Assembly (NCBI GenBank): GCA_016748015.1
Contig: JAAOMT010000368.1
Coordinates: 1 to 22,746 of the forward strand
Origin: Geosiphon pyriformis uo1
Taxonomy: Eukaryota > Fungi > Glomeromycota
Length of the DNA stretch: 22,746 nt
Direction: 5' to 3'
A model generated the notes under the pieces. It worked only from the letters and a program-made list of their open reading frames with translations, made no database searches and was not told the origin of the DNA. Position numbers and translations under genes: made by a program. Shown here piece by piece: positions 21,988 to 22,746 of the stretch. Positions within the stretch are counted from its first letter, which is position 1, and each line of letters begins with the position of its first letter.

Positions 21988-22746
21988 AAACTATGAAAGT
22001 CACGATCAAATTACGTTCTAATTATACCACAGGTTTTACAATTTGTGTATGGTCAAATTTAATGAAACTGAATTTAAGTAAAGAGGAGGTAAGCTACTGC
22101 AAATAATCCGCATTCAATAAATGGAAAAATTCTCTTATTCACTTATAAATTAGCCGATAGTTACCAGCCAATGTGGTCATAAAATTTCTGGGCTAAGATC
22201 CTGGACTTTGGAAGAAAAAAAAATGCTCATTGAGTGTCAAAAGAAGTACGGTTCAAATTGGAAGCCGATTTCTCAGAAATATTTTCAAAAAAGAACAATC
22301 CCAGCTCTGGAAAGTAAATTTTATAGCTTAAGCACTGGCGAAAGTATTGTTGATGTTAGATTAACCAGAAAGGCGCAGAAATGGACACTTAAAGAGGATG
22401 AGGAGCTACAATTGGCTGCCAAGAAATATTTAATCTATGGTAAAATTAATTGGAAATCTATATTTTTAACTGGCTGTTTCCCCAAAAGAAGTGTTGAGGG
22501 TTTAAAGAGTCGGTATCACAGTGTTTTAAGCGAACCAAAACGTGGCCCATGGACTAAAAATGAAAATGAACAACTGCAAAATTTAGTTCAGACATATGGT
22601 CAAAAATGGAAAAAAATAAGTCATATTCTTCAAAGGTCTCCTGTGGCCATACGAAACCACTATATTTGCTATTTGGCACCAGGGATAAAAATTGGGGATT
22701 GGACGCCTGAAGAATTCAAAATATTGGCTGAGGAGGCGGGAAAGTT
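21988..22746. repeat. Right arm of the inverted repeat (partner 1-758); its upstream similarity to the middle Myb copy extends further (about 21906 vs 6218)
   Basis: The window ends ...gaggaggcgggaaagtt, the reverse complement of its first bases aactttcccgcctcctc. 21906-22060 also aligns in reverse complement with about 6064-6218. Confidence 0.97.
22062..22746 (+). CDS. Multi-Myb-repeat protein, copy D, open frame running off the window (exon 1 22062-22088, intron 22089-22153, exon 2 22154->22746)
   Basis: MKLNLSKEE | GTAAGC...TAG | PIVTSQCGHKISGLRSWTLEEKKMLIECQKKYGSNWKPISQKYFQKRTIPALESKFYS...GDWTPEEFKILAEEAGK, with no stops. It has an in-frame 9-nt deletion relative to copy B. It is absent from the ORF track because no stop codon falls inside the window. 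Confidence 0.9.

Noticed and set aside
1-22746. Linear plasmid, Polinton or giant transposon with true terminal inverted repeats
   Set aside because: The ends cut through the middle of a Myb coding sequence. There is no DNA polymerase, integrase, intact transposase or telomeric repeat, and the content is ordinary nuclear DNA with spliceosomal introns.

Overview
Very AT-rich eukaryotic (fungal-type) genomic DNA. The gene families, short GT-AG introns and decayed CpG-poor repeats suggest a Glomeromycotina/Mucoromycota fungus; this is an inference. The window holds four paralogous two-exon genes whose proteins are almost entirely tandem Myb/SANT repeats (five repeats in the two complete copies). 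They are a complete copy at 5122-6062 (-), a divergent complete copy at 17800-18790 (-), and two near-identical copies cut by the window edges, at <1-684 (-, frameshifted, promoter truncated) and 22062->22746 (+, open). The two edge copies form a ~760-bp inverted repeat, so the window starts and ends on the same base of that repeat. Between them lie a standalone WGR-like domain gene, an F-box/LRR gene, a decayed Tc1/mariner transposase, a probable kinase relic and short tandem repeats. The main observations are (1) paralog divergence concentrated in the Myb recognition helices, (2) an inverted-repeat layout that could flip the interior and swap gene 3' ends, and (3) a perfect triple Myb-type site upstream of the F-box gene.
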